In this document: one piece after another, positions 37,198 through 49,722 of the stretch
Layout: each line of letters opens with the position of its first letter
Numbering within the stretch: position 1 is the first letter of the stretch
Assembly (NCBI RefSeq): GCF_009834535.1
Contig: NC_045698.1
Coordinates: 7,504,001-7,568,000, forward strand
Length of the DNA stretch: 64,000 nt
Origin: Camelus ferus
Taxonomy: Eukaryota
Direction of reading: 5' to 3'
Notes under the pieces: model-generated
The model's input: only the letters and a program-made list of their open reading frames with translations
The model's database searches: none
Told to the model about the DNA's origin: nothing
Made by a program: the position numbers and the translations under genes

Positions 37198-37570
37198 CCA
37201 GGGGTCAGCAACTCTTTTCTGTAATGGGCCAGGGAGTAAACGTTTTAGGCTTTTCAGGTCATTACTCTTTGCTCAACTATTGGGTTCCGCCAGTACACCC
37301 TGAAAGCGGCCACAGATGCTACATCCACGAACGGCATGGCTGTGTGCCACGAAAACCCTATTCATGGACACTGAAGTGTGAATTTCATGTAATTTTCACA
37401 TATCATTCCATATAAGTCTTATTTCAAAATTTTCAACCCTTTAAAAATGTAAAAACATTCTCAGCTCACGTATCACCCAGAAGCCCTCAGGCCCGGGGGA
37501 TAGTCTGGCCCTGGGGATAGTCTGGCCCGGGGATAGTCTGGCCCGGGGATAGTCTGGTGGTCCTGGCTGA
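37198..37570 (+). mobile_element. MER58B-like hAT-Charlie DNA transposon in DAP intron 3
   Basis: caggggtcagcaac...tttctgtaatgggccag...ttttaggcttt...ggacactgaagtgtgaatttcatgtaattttcac...aaaaatgtaaaaacattctcagctc. Confidence 0.8.
37490..37557 (+). repeat. Minisatellite, 4 x 16-17 bp (GGCCC(G/T)GGG(G)ATAGTCT)
   Basis: Units start at 37490, 37507, 37524 and 37540. Confidence 0.92.
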
Positions 37571-37796
37571 GTCTAAAGAGAAGGGAGGCGGGTGAGGATG
37601 CAGGAGGGACAGGCAGCACTAGCTCATGCTGCGGGCTCCGTGTCACCACCGTCCCGTCCACCCCCGACCACAGAAGCACCATCCACAGACATGGGACAAC
37701 TAAGAGACCCCTGGACCCTGGGTGGACGAGTGAACAAAGACAGGAGGAACCAGGAGGTCGTGTGCTGAGGCCCCGATTTGCTGAAACGGCTCTTAC

Positions 37797-37839
37797 CCGG
37801 GCAATGACTCCAGAGATGAACACGGTCGGTTTGGGGGGA
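37797..37839 (-). CDS. DAP: DAP (death-associated protein 1) exon 3, 43 nt
   Basis: Minus strand ttgtcttccAG|T CCC CCC AAA CCG ACC GTG TTC ATC TCT GGA GTC ATT GCC CGG|GTaaga = (S)PPKPTVFISGVIAR, matching the recalled DAP1 sequence. Confidence 0.96.
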
Positions 37840-40800
37840 CTGGAAGACAAGAAGGGAAAAGACCTTGAACATCACGAATCACAGAAGAGGAACGAGGCAG
37901 GCGACACGAATGTGGAGACTGGCTTCAAGGCAGTGGGACAAACAAGGACTCTCAGGAGGGAGGGGGAAGTGGGAAGCAACCTTCTTCCTCTGTTACTTCA
38001 TCACAACGACCCGCTGGCCGCTGGGCTCAGGACGCTTGGGGGTCCTCCTCCTCCTGAGGCTGAGCTCCGGCAGAGAGAGAACGACTGTGTAGACAACAAC
38101 CAAGTTGCTGGAAAGCTCTTTCTTTTTTGTTTTTGTTTTTTTTTGTTAATCCTTAAACTGTAACTATGGGCAAGTCCAATAGTTTCGGTTTCAACAGATG
38201 GTGGACATCAGCGCTTTCTGAAGCAGGGAAGGAGCAGGGTCACGCTGGACGGACACAGAGACTCCAACCAAGGAGCTTCCTGTCCTGTAGGCTGAGGGGT
38301 CCCTCTTCCAGAGTCTTTGCAGAATTCATGGCTTCTGGAAGCTTCTAATGGGTGAGATCCCAGAGCCGGTGCAAAGCTCCTGGCCCCTAAGGGACCCCAC
38401 GTGTTAAAAAACGTACCGTCCTTGTGAAGCTACTGCCATTTGTTAGCTTCTTTCATCATACTGAGCTGGCCCCCACTGTCACCAATATGGACGGGATGGA
38501 ACATAGGACCAAAGCAATACATGTTCATTGCTAAAAAGCGGACAAGCCGAGCATGTTAAAATCACTTGTAGTTCCACCTCCAGGAGGTAATCACTGTTAA
38601 CACATGAGTTCTCCTTCCAGTCCTCCTTTCTATAGATAGACAGACTTACTTGCTTTCTTATTAAATTTCTTTTCTTACCAGAGAGTCACCTCGTTTGGTA
38701 GTCTGCTTTCTGCACTTAGGGTCTGATGGGCATACTTCCACGTTATTACATACTCTTCTATGCAGTTAAAAAAATGGCTGCACATGTCATAGTTTAAAAA
38801 TACCAGAACACAGTTCCGGGTGGTACACGGGTGTGCACACCTTTGAGATACCTCGGCCAGGGGCAAGGGGACCTGGCAGCAGTAGATCAATGCAAGGCCA
38901 GCCAGCCAGCAGCGAGAGCGCGATGTGGGCAGCTCCCAAGGGTGGCCCGTTTTGCTGAAGGCTGGTCTTGTGGGCAGACGTCCTAGGAGCTGCTCAGCCC
39001 GCCTCCCACCAGCTCTGCTGCTCTGCTCCACTGCAGGGGGTCCCTTAAAGGAAATCACTTGTCTCCGCTTTGTTTTGCTACAGGCAAAAGTCCAAATATT
39101 CAGAACGTTTACTGTTTACATCCCAGAAAGTTTAGCAAAACCCCCCAGAATTCCCCCAAGTAATTTCTGTTACTCCACGAGGCTAAGAAATTTCAAGTCT
39201 TACTAAGCAGCACGGAAATGTTCCCTACATGACATTGGTTTTGTTTTATTTAGCTTTTGTTGTGTGGTTAACTGGGTTGGTGTTTTTTTTCTTTCTTTCT
39301 TTTCTTTTCTTTTCTGACAAATACGACTCGACTATGGGATCAGTAGCCAGTCAGGGAAGAATAAGTTCCGCTCAAGTGTAAGTCTCGCATGCAGTACGTT
39401 TGGATTCATTGGACTCTAAGCACATCCTGCCCTGACGGTTCCAAATCACCACGAACTCTGCCCCCAGGGTATTCACCGCCAAGGGTATCACAACCTAAGC
39501 TTGAGAACTGTGCTCTGGATTCTAACATTTTCTAAGTGTTTTGGGGAAGGAATATGAAAATGGCAGCACAAATTTTTCTTAAGTTTTGAATGTTCCTTTA
39601 AAAATCGAGGGAGAGCTTGGAGTGGGGATGGCTCCATTCTGGTAACTAATTATGCGGCATCGCCTTCTGATAAAGCATGGCCACCTTTTGGTACCGAGAG
39701 TGCTGATGGCTTCAGTAATCTCCAGTTTTTATTGGTTTTGTACCTAAGTCAAGACTCTGAAAGGCAGAAATAGAGACAGCCCCCTCTCCCCAGCAAGAAC
39801 GTGATGAGAAAGTCACCCACACAGAGTGAATTAATTAGAATAAACACACAGCAGAGGAGAGTCGCCCCCTAGCTCCAAAGTGAGCCCCTTGGGTGGCCAG
39901 GGAAGCTTGGGTCTTTACAGATATAAATATATATTCTCTCTCTCTATGTATACTCATTGTTGAAAAGCAGACCAAAAAAAAAAAAAGTTAAAATCGCTTG
40001 TAATTCTATATTACTATGTGTATAAGATTCACAAATACACATTTCTGCACAGAACTGGACTGTAAGAAAATCACAGCCGAATCAGTCCATCAGCTCCTGG
40101 CGGTGTGGCGTCATGCTGCTGAGTGATGAGCGGGTCCCAGCAGAGCGCCAGCCTGCGGGGGCCCCTCGGACGCCCAGTCCCCGCGGGACCGCGCCCTTGC
40201 CCCGAGGCTCCTGGAGAGCTGGTTATCAGGAGTCTGTTCCCGTACCCGCTCCCCTGGGCACGGAGGAGGGGTCCCCAGACCCAAGAGCCCCATCACTGAG
40301 TCCCTCCTCCAACCTGATGGCCGTCCGGGTCTCAGCGGTCCGAGAGTTAACCCTCCGCGCTCCGGCTTTTTCCATCCAAGTTAGATCCTGGGTGTCTCCC
40401 GCGTTAACACCAGTGTTTTAGGCCCTGATTCGAATGCATCTCAGGAAGTATGTGTCTGAATGACTTTGATAAGATATAACGATGCTGCTCCAGCCCAAGT
40501 GTTCGAAAATGCACGTGAAGGAACCGCCTCACATCTGGAATCATCCGCCGGGTACAATGTTTATTTTCCTGGCGCCCACTTCTGCGTTCCCCCCCCCCCC
40601 CCCCCCCCAGTGAGCCTCCCAAGGATCTGTCCCGTCATGACTATGGACACTCTGGGGACCAAAGGAGATCCCTGAAATAAGAGTGACCCCTCCCCGCAAG
40701 TCCTGGCTCATTCCCTAAGGGGTGATCAGGGTCTGTGGGTGCAGAACCGAAGGGTCCCCGGGGCGCAGCAAGATGGTGCCCCCTCCCCTGGTTCACCTCT

Positions 40801-41729
40801 CTCCCTCTCACCCCTGGTCTCACCCTTGCACTTCGACACCTCATTACTTAAGCTGTTAAGTTTTGACAGCGTGTTGGATTCTGCTTCTAAAGGGAGAGTC
40901 TAGCAACGAAGAACATGTTGACCCAGAGGAAAGAAGTGTGCTGCTAATAACAGTTGGGGTGACGGTGGAGGTGAGCCGGGTGCGGGCTTGCTTTGTAAAC
41001 CAGATGCCTTATGGTTTGTGTATTCTGTACAATGTGGCTACTCCAGTTTGAGGTGGGGGGATTTTAGAAACACAATACCTGAAATGTATGAACGACTTCT
41101 TGGCTGGGGGTGAAACTAGGGAACAACGTTCCGTCAGCAGTGGTCTCCCCGTAGGGGGCCATGTACCCCAGGGAGGCCCTTGGGAAAGGAATATGGAAAT
41201 GGTAAATACCAAAAACTACAGGAGTAAAGATGAAAATTTTACATGAATATAAATATTAAACAAAAAGTAAATATGAAATAATTAAGAGTTAAAGTTCAAC
41301 TATCCTCTTTTCAAACCTTTGCTTTCTGTATGTGCCTTAAACATACACTGTTATCTTATCAACGTGTATTCCGTCCAGTTAACCTGGGGCAAGGTGGGGA
41401 CAATGGCATGACCTCAAAGACTTTATCCTCAGTCTCTGCTCTCCAGCATGGGTACCAGTGAGAAATAAATAAGGAAAAGCCCTGCAGATCCAGCATGTCT
41501 GAAGAGAGGTTCTTGCTTTAAGGTTGCACTTTTTCCATTTTTTAAAACAAACAAACAAATAAACAAACAAAAAAACAGACATTCAAGGATTGTGCTGTAA
41601 GTGCAAAGTCTTATCCAGTCTGAGAGGAGACTCTGGCCTGCGTTAGCTCTGGTCGGCTCTAGGTAAATGAACAGAGTTCAGGTTCTCCCCTCCCTTCCAA
41701 GTTTCCCCAGCTAGCTCAGCAACTAATTT

Positions 41730-42452
41730 TTTAGAAAAATTGTTTACCTTTTAAACCATTTTTAATTGTACAATTCAGTGTCATTAAGTGGATTCGCATT
41801 GTTATGTTATGTAAGCATCCCCATTATCCACTTCCATGACTTTTTCATCATCCTCAACAGACCCTGTACCTATTAAACAGTAACTCCCCACTACCCCTTC
41901 CTGAGCCCCTGCTAACTGCTGGTCTTCCTTCTGTCCTGAGAACTGAACTAATCTAGGTACCTTATATGAGTGGAATCAGACAATAGTTGCCTTGTTGTGT
42001 CTGGCTTTTTTCACTTTGCATAATGCCTTCAAGGTTTATCCATGTTGTACCCTGTGTCAGAATTTCCTTGCTTTTTAAAGGCTGAATAATATTCCACTAT
42101 ATGGATAGACTACATTTCTTTTATCCATTCATCTGCTGATGGACACTTGGGCTGTTTCTACTTTTTGGTGACTATGAATAGTACAGCTATGAACAACATG
42201 TGAGTAAGCTCTCATGCGGACACGTGGAAATACACCTTCATTTCCCTGGGTAGATCTCTAGGAGTGGGATTGCCGGGTCACGTAATAATTGTCCTTATCT
42301 TTTAGAGGGACCCCCTGACGGCCGTCTACCATTGCAGGTTCCCTCCAGCAACGCGTAAGGGTTCAATTTCTCCCCATCTTCACCACATAGTATTACTGTT
42401 ATTTTTTATAGCAGCCGTCCTAATGGGTGTGAAGTGCTATTGCATTGTGATT
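41730..42452 (-). mobile_element. L1 (L1MA/L1MB-type) 3' region in DAP intron 2
   Basis: aaccatttttaattgtacaattcagtg...gagtggaatcagacaata...ggctgaataatattccact...tgatggacacttggg...ctaatgggtgtgaagtg. Confidence 0.88.
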
Positions 42453-43304
42453 AGATTTAGCAACTAATTTTAAGAATAAGCTTCCTTGCAGCAAAGAAAT
42501 AAATACTGATCTGTATCAATCATTTAAGGTCTTTATGACATAAAGCTCCTCCTCCTAAAGTCTTCTTGCCTCTAAAATGACAAGGCCGTAGTTGACTATA
42601 AGGACATATGACAGCTTCCTGGGAAAAGATGACAGAAGGCTGGACTCTCACGTTGTAATCGAGAACGATTGTTTCCTTGGATTGGCAGAGTGTGTGTGCG
42701 CTGTGGGTTTTCATCAGGCTTGGCCAAAGGGCCCTGAGCTCAATGCCTTTTCCATCTACAATTAATAACATCTAAAACTGGTAAATGATTGTTCATTACA
42801 TTTATACAGTGAAAACACTTTCTAAACTTGAGCTACGGCAGCATAAATTCACAAGCCCCGGGAAAGCGTCTGCCCTCAAAGCCGTGTTTGCAAAAACACA
42901 CGCATTTTAAATTCCATTAGGGTTCCATGCAAAACGCAACCTACATTTCCAAGATTCTATAAACTGTGATAGCGGCTTTGAGGATTTATTTAATCTGATG
43001 AGAATCATTCTGACAGATGTGGTTTTGAAGAAGCCACATGACTTTCTCTCGGGAAACAGAGACAGTGAAAAATATCATGCCTGCCCTCCCCACATCCCCA
43101 GGCCTTTCCAGTTTCTGAAAACCATACTTCTTTAAATTGAGAGGAACCACAAGCAGGATGGAATTAGTGGGGATCAGAGCCCTCGTGACACTTCTTACAC
43201 ATCAGCAGACACCGTCCCTTCGTCACACCTTGCCTGTGCGGCTGTCAAGTATTTGGTGCACGTAGGTGTCCAGTGTTCACCTGTCAAGGACCACATCACA
43301 TTCT

Positions 43305-43510
43305 TTTTTTTTTTTTTATGGTTTAAAAATAAATTGAAGTAAGTCAACTTACAATGTTATGTTAATTTCTGGTGTACAGCATAGTGATTCAGTTGCACGT
43401 ATATATATTCTTTTTCATCATAGGCTATTACAAGCTATCGAATATGGTTCCCTGTGCTGGATAGTAGGACCTTGTTGTTTATCTATTGTATATACAGTAG
43501 TGTGTATCTG
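43305..43510 (-). mobile_element. Lineage-specific L1 3' end fragment
   Basis: T-tail then ttacaatgttatgttaatttctggtgtacagcatagtgattcagtt...gttccctgtgct...gtaggaccttgttgtttatct; similar to the reverse complement of the L1 3' UTR near 26.1-26.3 kb. Confidence 0.8.
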
Positions 43511-43558
43511 CACATTCATAACAGGGTCATTTGTCCTTAACAAGTTTCCTGTTCTTTA

Positions 43559-43655
43559 GAGAAGGAGGGCATAGTTCAGGGGTAGAGTGCATGCTTAGCA
43601 CATGTGAGATCTCTGGTACCTCCATTAAAATAAATAAATAAACCTAAACAAACAA
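43559..43655 (+). mobile_element. tRNA-derived SINE (Vic-1-like), internally deleted
   Basis: ggagggcatagttcaggggtagagtgcatgcttagc...gtacctccattaaaataaataaataaaccta; flanked by degenerate TSD aacaagtttcctgttcttta / aacaacatttcctattcttta. Confidence 0.82.
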
Positions 43656-45229
43656 ACAACATTTCCTATTCTTTATTTTCCTAAATTTCCTTGATGAGTA
43701 AGGTTTATGCCTTACTGACATTCTCAGAAAAAGCAGAAGGCAGGACAGACACCAGAAATGCTTAGTGAGCGAGCACGTGACCCTGTGACATGCAGGTGTC
43801 TTCACGACTGAGTTTTGATGACTTTAAATGAAAGTCCCCAGGGCTGAGAAAACTGAATTCAAATTTTTTAAACTCCACTGAACTCTAAAACAGCAATTAT
43901 TGAAATATATTTCAATCTCTTTTATTTAACTCAACATATCCAAAATCCAATAGCTAATCAGTAGAAAAATTATTGAGATTACTTGACGTTCCTTTTTTGT
44001 GTCCTAAGACTTCACAAGGACTGTCAGAGCAGGCAGGTCCTGGGCGACGTGACATTTTCTGCTCAGCTCTGAGACATGGAAATCCACTGTCCCAGGAGTC
44101 AGGGCTGGACGGAGCCTAATGGACACCTAGTCCAGCTTCCCTCTCGTGTGGAATTCAGTCACAGCCCATGCCTTTGTGCTTCTGCGGGCGAGGAACTCGT
44201 GGCCCTCAGGGTGGACTCATGGTGACACAGTCTCTGGCTCCCTGCACTTCACCCAGTGGCCCCAACCCAAGTCTAAGGCCTCCTCCGTGGGACAGCCCCT
44301 CCATGTTTGAGGAAGGTGACCACAGGCCTCTTGGCCAGACTAGTGGGAGTGACTGTAGATTCCTTCACGATCTCAGACTCTCCCTACCTCCATCTGGTGT
44401 AGTTTCTCGAGTTTTCCCTGGGAGCCCAGTCAGCACTCTCGGTGTGCTCAAGCAGCCCAGCCTTCTGCAGAGCGCCCGTGTTCCTGGTCCCAGAACACGG
44501 ATGCCGCTCCTCCTGGGGGCTGTGGAGAGCAGCTCAGCCTGGGGAGGTGATTCTGGGCTCCTTGACAAGAACCGAAATGCCGCCAGCCTTCCTTGGGCTG
44601 CTGTCAGTGCCACGTGGTCAGAGAGCTAGGTACCCGCTGTCCTGCACCAACCCTGCTTTCCCAGTCATTACACGGGGTGCTTTCCCTTCTTTCCTTGACC
44701 CCTAGAGGGTTAAGCCCTTAGAAATCCTTTCCTAAGGGGGTTCCACCCTCCCCAAAGTGCAGGGCTCTTTATTCCTCTAAAAATGGGCTCCTGTGAAGTG
44801 GGGCTGTGGGGGCTAGGGTTGTGCACAGGATCCAGCACCCGCTTAGCTGGCCAGCCCATGCCTTCCCAGCCGTCCAAATGGGGACTGGAGTCACTGAGCT
44901 GCCAGGCAGGAGCATTCTGAGCTGAGGACACACACACAGAGTAATCAGTAAGACAGGGAATTCAGGCAAGTCACCAGTCCTATAGCAAGTCATCAAAATG
45001 GTGGCAAGGCATTGCCAAGAGTTCTGTTTAACAGAATTGCTTTCAGGTTCACAGTTTGGGTCTGGGTTCAAGGAGATCCACCAAGTCATCCCCTGCAAAT
45101 GCTCTCTCCTCTTCACGTATGTGTGTTCTGAAAATACCAGTGGGCGTTTTTTACACAGAAGACGGGGACACACAGCTTTCAATGAGTTGTTCTTTAGTTT
45201 CTCTGAAGGATGGGAACGATCTTAGGTGG

Positions 45230-45430
45230 TAAGAGCCGCTCTTCACTGATCGCTTACCCGAGGCCAGGCACTGAGTTCAGCGCTTCACACAGAATTGTTA
45301 TGTCTAACCCTTTCAGCCCTATGAAGTAGAACTATTCTCCCCATTTTACAGATGAGGGGACAGTAGATCAGAGAGGTTCAGCAACTTGCCTGATGGTTGC
45401 ACAGCAGATAAAGGCTCTGAGCCAGACGAG
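45230..45430 (-). mobile_element. MIR SINE
   Basis: gccaggcactg...tattctccccattttacagatgagggga...cagagaggttcagcaacttgcc. Confidence 0.8.
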
Positions 45431-46069
45431 GAACGAGGGCGGCCCAGGGCGTTGGCCTGATGCCCTCATTTCAGGGCTGAGAAGTGGGTCACGGAGCAGC
45501 CTCTGATTTTAGGTTCTGGCTTCCGTACATGACTTAGAGATGCAGAGTTTTAAAGTAAGTCATCTAAATGCAACCAGAGAATCCTTATTCAACCAGACAG
45601 TACGATGTATTCAAACCTGCCTAAGCACTTACTTTCTGACTTGATAATGGTTTTTTTTTCCTTGAAAACTACCATGTATGTCTGTAGTCCTTAACTAGGG
45701 TACAGAGCGCTTCCACCTAAATTATTAACTCATCTGATTCTCTTCAGCAGTGTTATCCTTATTTTATGGGTGAAGGGATGGCTGCTGGAAGAGGCTGAAA
45801 CTTGTCTGCGGTCCCGGAGGCCGAGCCCAGAGGCTTGCTCAGCTCGGTGCTCTTTGTTGGGTCATGGGTCCCACCACCACCCACAACTCAGCACCTGAGC
45901 TTCAGGAACAAAGCCCAGTGAAGGTTTCAAACTGTCCCTCAAGTTTAGAATGCAGTGGACACCGTCTAAGAAGGAAACCAGGAGGAAAGGTGGCAGGTGG
46001 TCACCCCTGACTGTGGGCTCTGATGTCAGACCATCCTGGCTTTGCCAGTGGTTGGCTGGTGGGCTGGCA

Positions 46070-46180
46070 TCTGACCTTCTGAGGCTCAGTTTCCTTATCT
46101 GTAAAATGGGTGAAAGTGGACTCTCCCTCACCAGGTGACTGCACATACCCACACGGCTTAGCACTCAGCAAATGATAGGT
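46070..46180 (+). mobile_element. MIR SINE fragment
   Basis: ctgaggctcagtttccttatctgtaaaatggg core. Confidence 0.7.
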
Positions 46181-47435
46181 GTTGGGGTGACGATGACACC
46201 TCCCCGGCCCCTCCCGTGTACCCTCTGTGCGGTTCCACTAATTCACAACTGGTTCAGTTGTCTCACCTTCAGTTTCCCTTGCCGCATAGCATAAATAACC
46301 CTACTTATCTGGGACAGAAAATCTTCCAAGTAAGCAAAAAGAGGGTCTGTGATACACAAAACAGATGTCACCAAACCATGGACTTCAAGGAAAACTCTGT
46401 GGACTGTCAATCTTTTTGATTCCTATTTTGATGTCATCAGAACGGCTTGGTTGTTGGTTTCCCAGCCCAGGAGAAGAAAGAAGATGAGAAGAAAGGGCTG
46501 AACGTGTGTGATGAGGCCACATGAGTTTACAGCGAGGCTGCTGCCCCACCGGGAAGAGGCTCTGTCTGCGACCACCCGCTCCTCCTCCATCCCCAGCTCC
46601 TGGTCACAGTACGGGAGGCGAGTGTGGAAGGAAGCCTGGCGGGGGTGCTGGCAGTGGCCTGCGGGTGCACCGCGCCATCAAGGCTACATCAGGACCTGGG
46701 AGCTGTCATCAGGTGATGCTCCCTCCCTTCCTGGTAAGAAAGCACATGACTGCTCAGCAAGGGATTTCCCCCTAAAAATTTCCCTAGAAGTCAGAGCTGC
46801 CCTGTGAGTCAGGGAGGGTGCTCTCCTGGACACGCAGGCCTAGAGAGCTGAGTCAGGGTCTCGACTTCTTTTTCCAACAAGCAGCTAACACGCTGGGTCT
46901 CGGAGGGGTACTCCATGGAGGGGAGTCAGTGCAGACCCCGAGAAGGTGGGGTTTAGGCTGAGATCCACGTGTGAGCGTGTGCACACGCGTGTGTCATGCG
47001 AGGGACACGATGCCAGAACACAGTGAGAAGGAAGGGGCACAGTTCCACCTGCTGCCGTCAGCATGAAGCGAAGGGGGTCGAAGGCCCTCTCCCCTCACAG
47101 TGATGGAGTGGGGTGGCTTGGCCCCCCCCACCCCATGACAGATTCCTGGGGAAAACCATCTTCTTGCCGACCCTCCTCAAGACAGGACGCGCAGCGCCTT
47201 GAGGCTGTCTAGAAGCAGATCCTGTGACTACATTCCGACTCTGCGCTAAACCTGTGGTTTTGTGTTTTCATAGAGTTTATGGAAAAATATATTCCCTCGT
47301 GGGTGATTTTAAACACATTTCCTAGTAAACAGAAGGGAAACAAATCTTGTCTAGCCATTGTAGCTCATGAAATATCTTTTTGGTTTGGTGTTCGCTTATT
47401 TGGGTTATTAATTTTCTAGACACCAAAATAATAAT

Positions 47436-47574
47436 TTTTTGAGTTAAAAAAATTTTTTTTGAGGCGGGGAGGAAATCAGGTTTACTTATTTATTTTTAGA
47501 GGAGGTGCCGGGGATTGAACCCATGACTTTGTGTACGCTAAGCATGCGCTCTACTACTTGAGATATACCCTCCC
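47436..47574 (-). mobile_element. tRNA-derived SINE (Vic-1-like) with 15-bp TSD
   Basis: ggaggtgccggggattgaacccatgac...gctaagcatgcgctctactacttgagatataccctcc; TSD caccaaaataataat (47421-47435) / caccgaaataataat (47575-47589). Confidence 0.9.
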
Positions 47575-48894
47575 CACCGAAATAATAATCAGCGTGGCTG
47601 GTGACCAGAGGGACCCACCTCACTTGACTGCACCCGGACATTTCTTCGTACGTCATTCTTCAGAGTGTGACAGTCAGTGTTGTCTCCCTCCCTGGGCCTG
47701 ATTTCAGGAGCTTCGAGAACCACCACAAGATGGCACTGCTGGTCCTTTCAGCTGGGGGCTCTTGGGCTGGTGAGGCTTGGCCAGCTCCGCCAGGCCCAGG
47801 CTCAGTGGAAGCTGGCCGTCCCGGTGGGCAGGGGCTCCTGGCGTCTTAGGACAAGTGTGTCCCCTCTCCCTAAGGAACAGGTCCTTGTCCAGTGAGTCTG
47901 ACTAAAGGGAAACCAAACACAACTCCAGTGCTTTCAATGGAATTCTAAATCAGAGAGAAAATAATCAGGATTTGGCACACGGAGTTCATAGTATCTTGTT
48001 AAAGGGTGTGAGCCAAGGTGCTCTTTGGGCGAGAACGTCTGAACTCGCACGTTTCCACCTTTGTTTAGAGGAGCAGCGTCTCTCGTCCCCAGACTCAGAC
48101 CTGCCGACCCCAGGGTGCCATGACTTTAGGACAAAACTCAGCCCAGCCTGCTCCTCTGAGTCTGTCCTAGGGACGACTGAGGTCTGCGTCTCTGTGTGGG
48201 AGGGCAGAGAGATGCTTTGAGATTCTAAAAAGACCACTCCCAGATGATGTTCCACCCACAGATATTCGGCTAAGTACTGATGCAGATGCCAGCCCCTCAC
48301 CACCGCTTGTAGAGAAGGCTGATGCCCCGAGAACTGGGTGTGCGGGTGAGCATGGCCTCCGCGTAAACGATGTGTCCCACACACGCAGAAGGTACAGTGA
48401 AAGCTACCCTAACAGGGCCTGGGGACCCTGTCTTCCCTCCAGACACATACTTCCAGAAAGCCACGCTAAGCCTTGCGTCAGTGCCCTCTACGTACAGGAC
48501 GTCTCCTCGCGTCACCTACAGCTTCCCCTTCTCCGACTTCCCGCCGCCATTACCTTACTCTCTCTCCTTTACTGGATGCAAGAAGAGAAGATAAATACAG
48601 TAATTCTAATAATGAGAATTTATTAGCTTGCTGCTTATGGATTTAACACATAGGGGTCATCCTGGGCCAGTGTGTGTCTCCACTCCTGGGCTCCTGCTTA
48701 CTTTCTCTTGGATTTGAAATTTCACGATACAGAGTGGTCGCCAAATCTGACTACGCTTGAGAGAAACTTGGCCACACTTCCCAACAGTGTGTGGAGGACC
48801 CAGGCATCTGTATGAAATTCACCTGATTCTGCCACTGTCTGCAGAGCTCAGAGAAGACTTAGAAGCCCAGAGGAAAGCCGGGCAACGGAGCGTT

Positions 48895-49070
48895 TGAGGA
48901 CTGGGCTTTGGAGGCAGTTGGCTCTGGGTTCAAATCTTAGTTGAGACAAATAGCCTCTTTGAGCCTCAGTGTCCACCTGTAAAATGGGTACAATCCCTAT
49001 TTCATAGAACAGGTTGGGGTTCAAATGAGAAAATGTATACACTGTGCTTAGGACAGAATACTGCTGCCAC
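48895..49070 (+). mobile_element. MIR SINE
   Basis: gggctttggagg...ctgggttcaaatc...tgagcctcagtgtccacctgtaaaatggg...aaatgagaaaatgtat...tgcttag. Confidence 0.8.
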
Positions 49071-49167
49071 TGACAAAATCACATTTAGGGGTAATGAATA
49101 CTCAATTAGTTCCCTAGATACAGACAGTGCAGAAGTTGCTATTGTCTTCTAAACTGTCATTTAAGAA

Positions 49168-49236
49168 TTCTTTTCTTCTTTCCTTCTTTCTTTCCTTCCT
49201 TCTTCCTTCCTTTCTCTCTCTTTCCCTCTTTGTTTC

Positions 49237-49288
<52 letters not shown>

Positions 49289-49299
49289 TTTCTTTCTTT

Positions 49300-49347
<48 letters not shown>

Positions 49348-49348
49348 T

Positions 49349-49428
<80 letters not shown>

Positions 49429-49430
49429 TC
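49168..49430 (+). repeat. (TTTC)n tetranucleotide microsatellite / polypyrimidine tract
   Basis: Seen directly; about 260 nt. Confidence 0.97.
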
Positions 49431-49722
49431 ACTAGAGAATTTTAGGGCTTCTTAGAGCTTCTCTGAGAATGCCAAAGGACCCACCTTAAGTTTTTTCTCC
49501 TTGTTCTAAGCACGAGGCTGTACTGTGGGAAGGATTTGAGGGCATCACAGAGAGAAAATCTCCCTGCACCAAAGATTCTGAACCCTGGCCTGCCTTCCCC
49601 ACATCATTCCCAGCATCCTGTGCTATTGAAACAGTATGGGGGGCAAGGAAAACCCTTTGTGTTGCTCAATGTCCCAGGGAAGACACACCTTCCCAGGAAG
49701 GCATGTTGTCCCAGGAAGAACA

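Noticed and set aside
37490..37557. Short direct repeats considered as CRISPR-like (also 61886-61974)
   Set aside because: Head-to-tail repeats without unique spacers, no cas genes, mammalian context.
37473..37850. 125-aa ORF beginning SSSPPKPTVF
   Set aside because: Only 37797-37839 is real (DAP exon 3); the rest is read-through into the intron and minisatellite.
49127..49445. FLSF- and KERK-repeat ORFs
   Set aside because: Translations of (TTTC)n.
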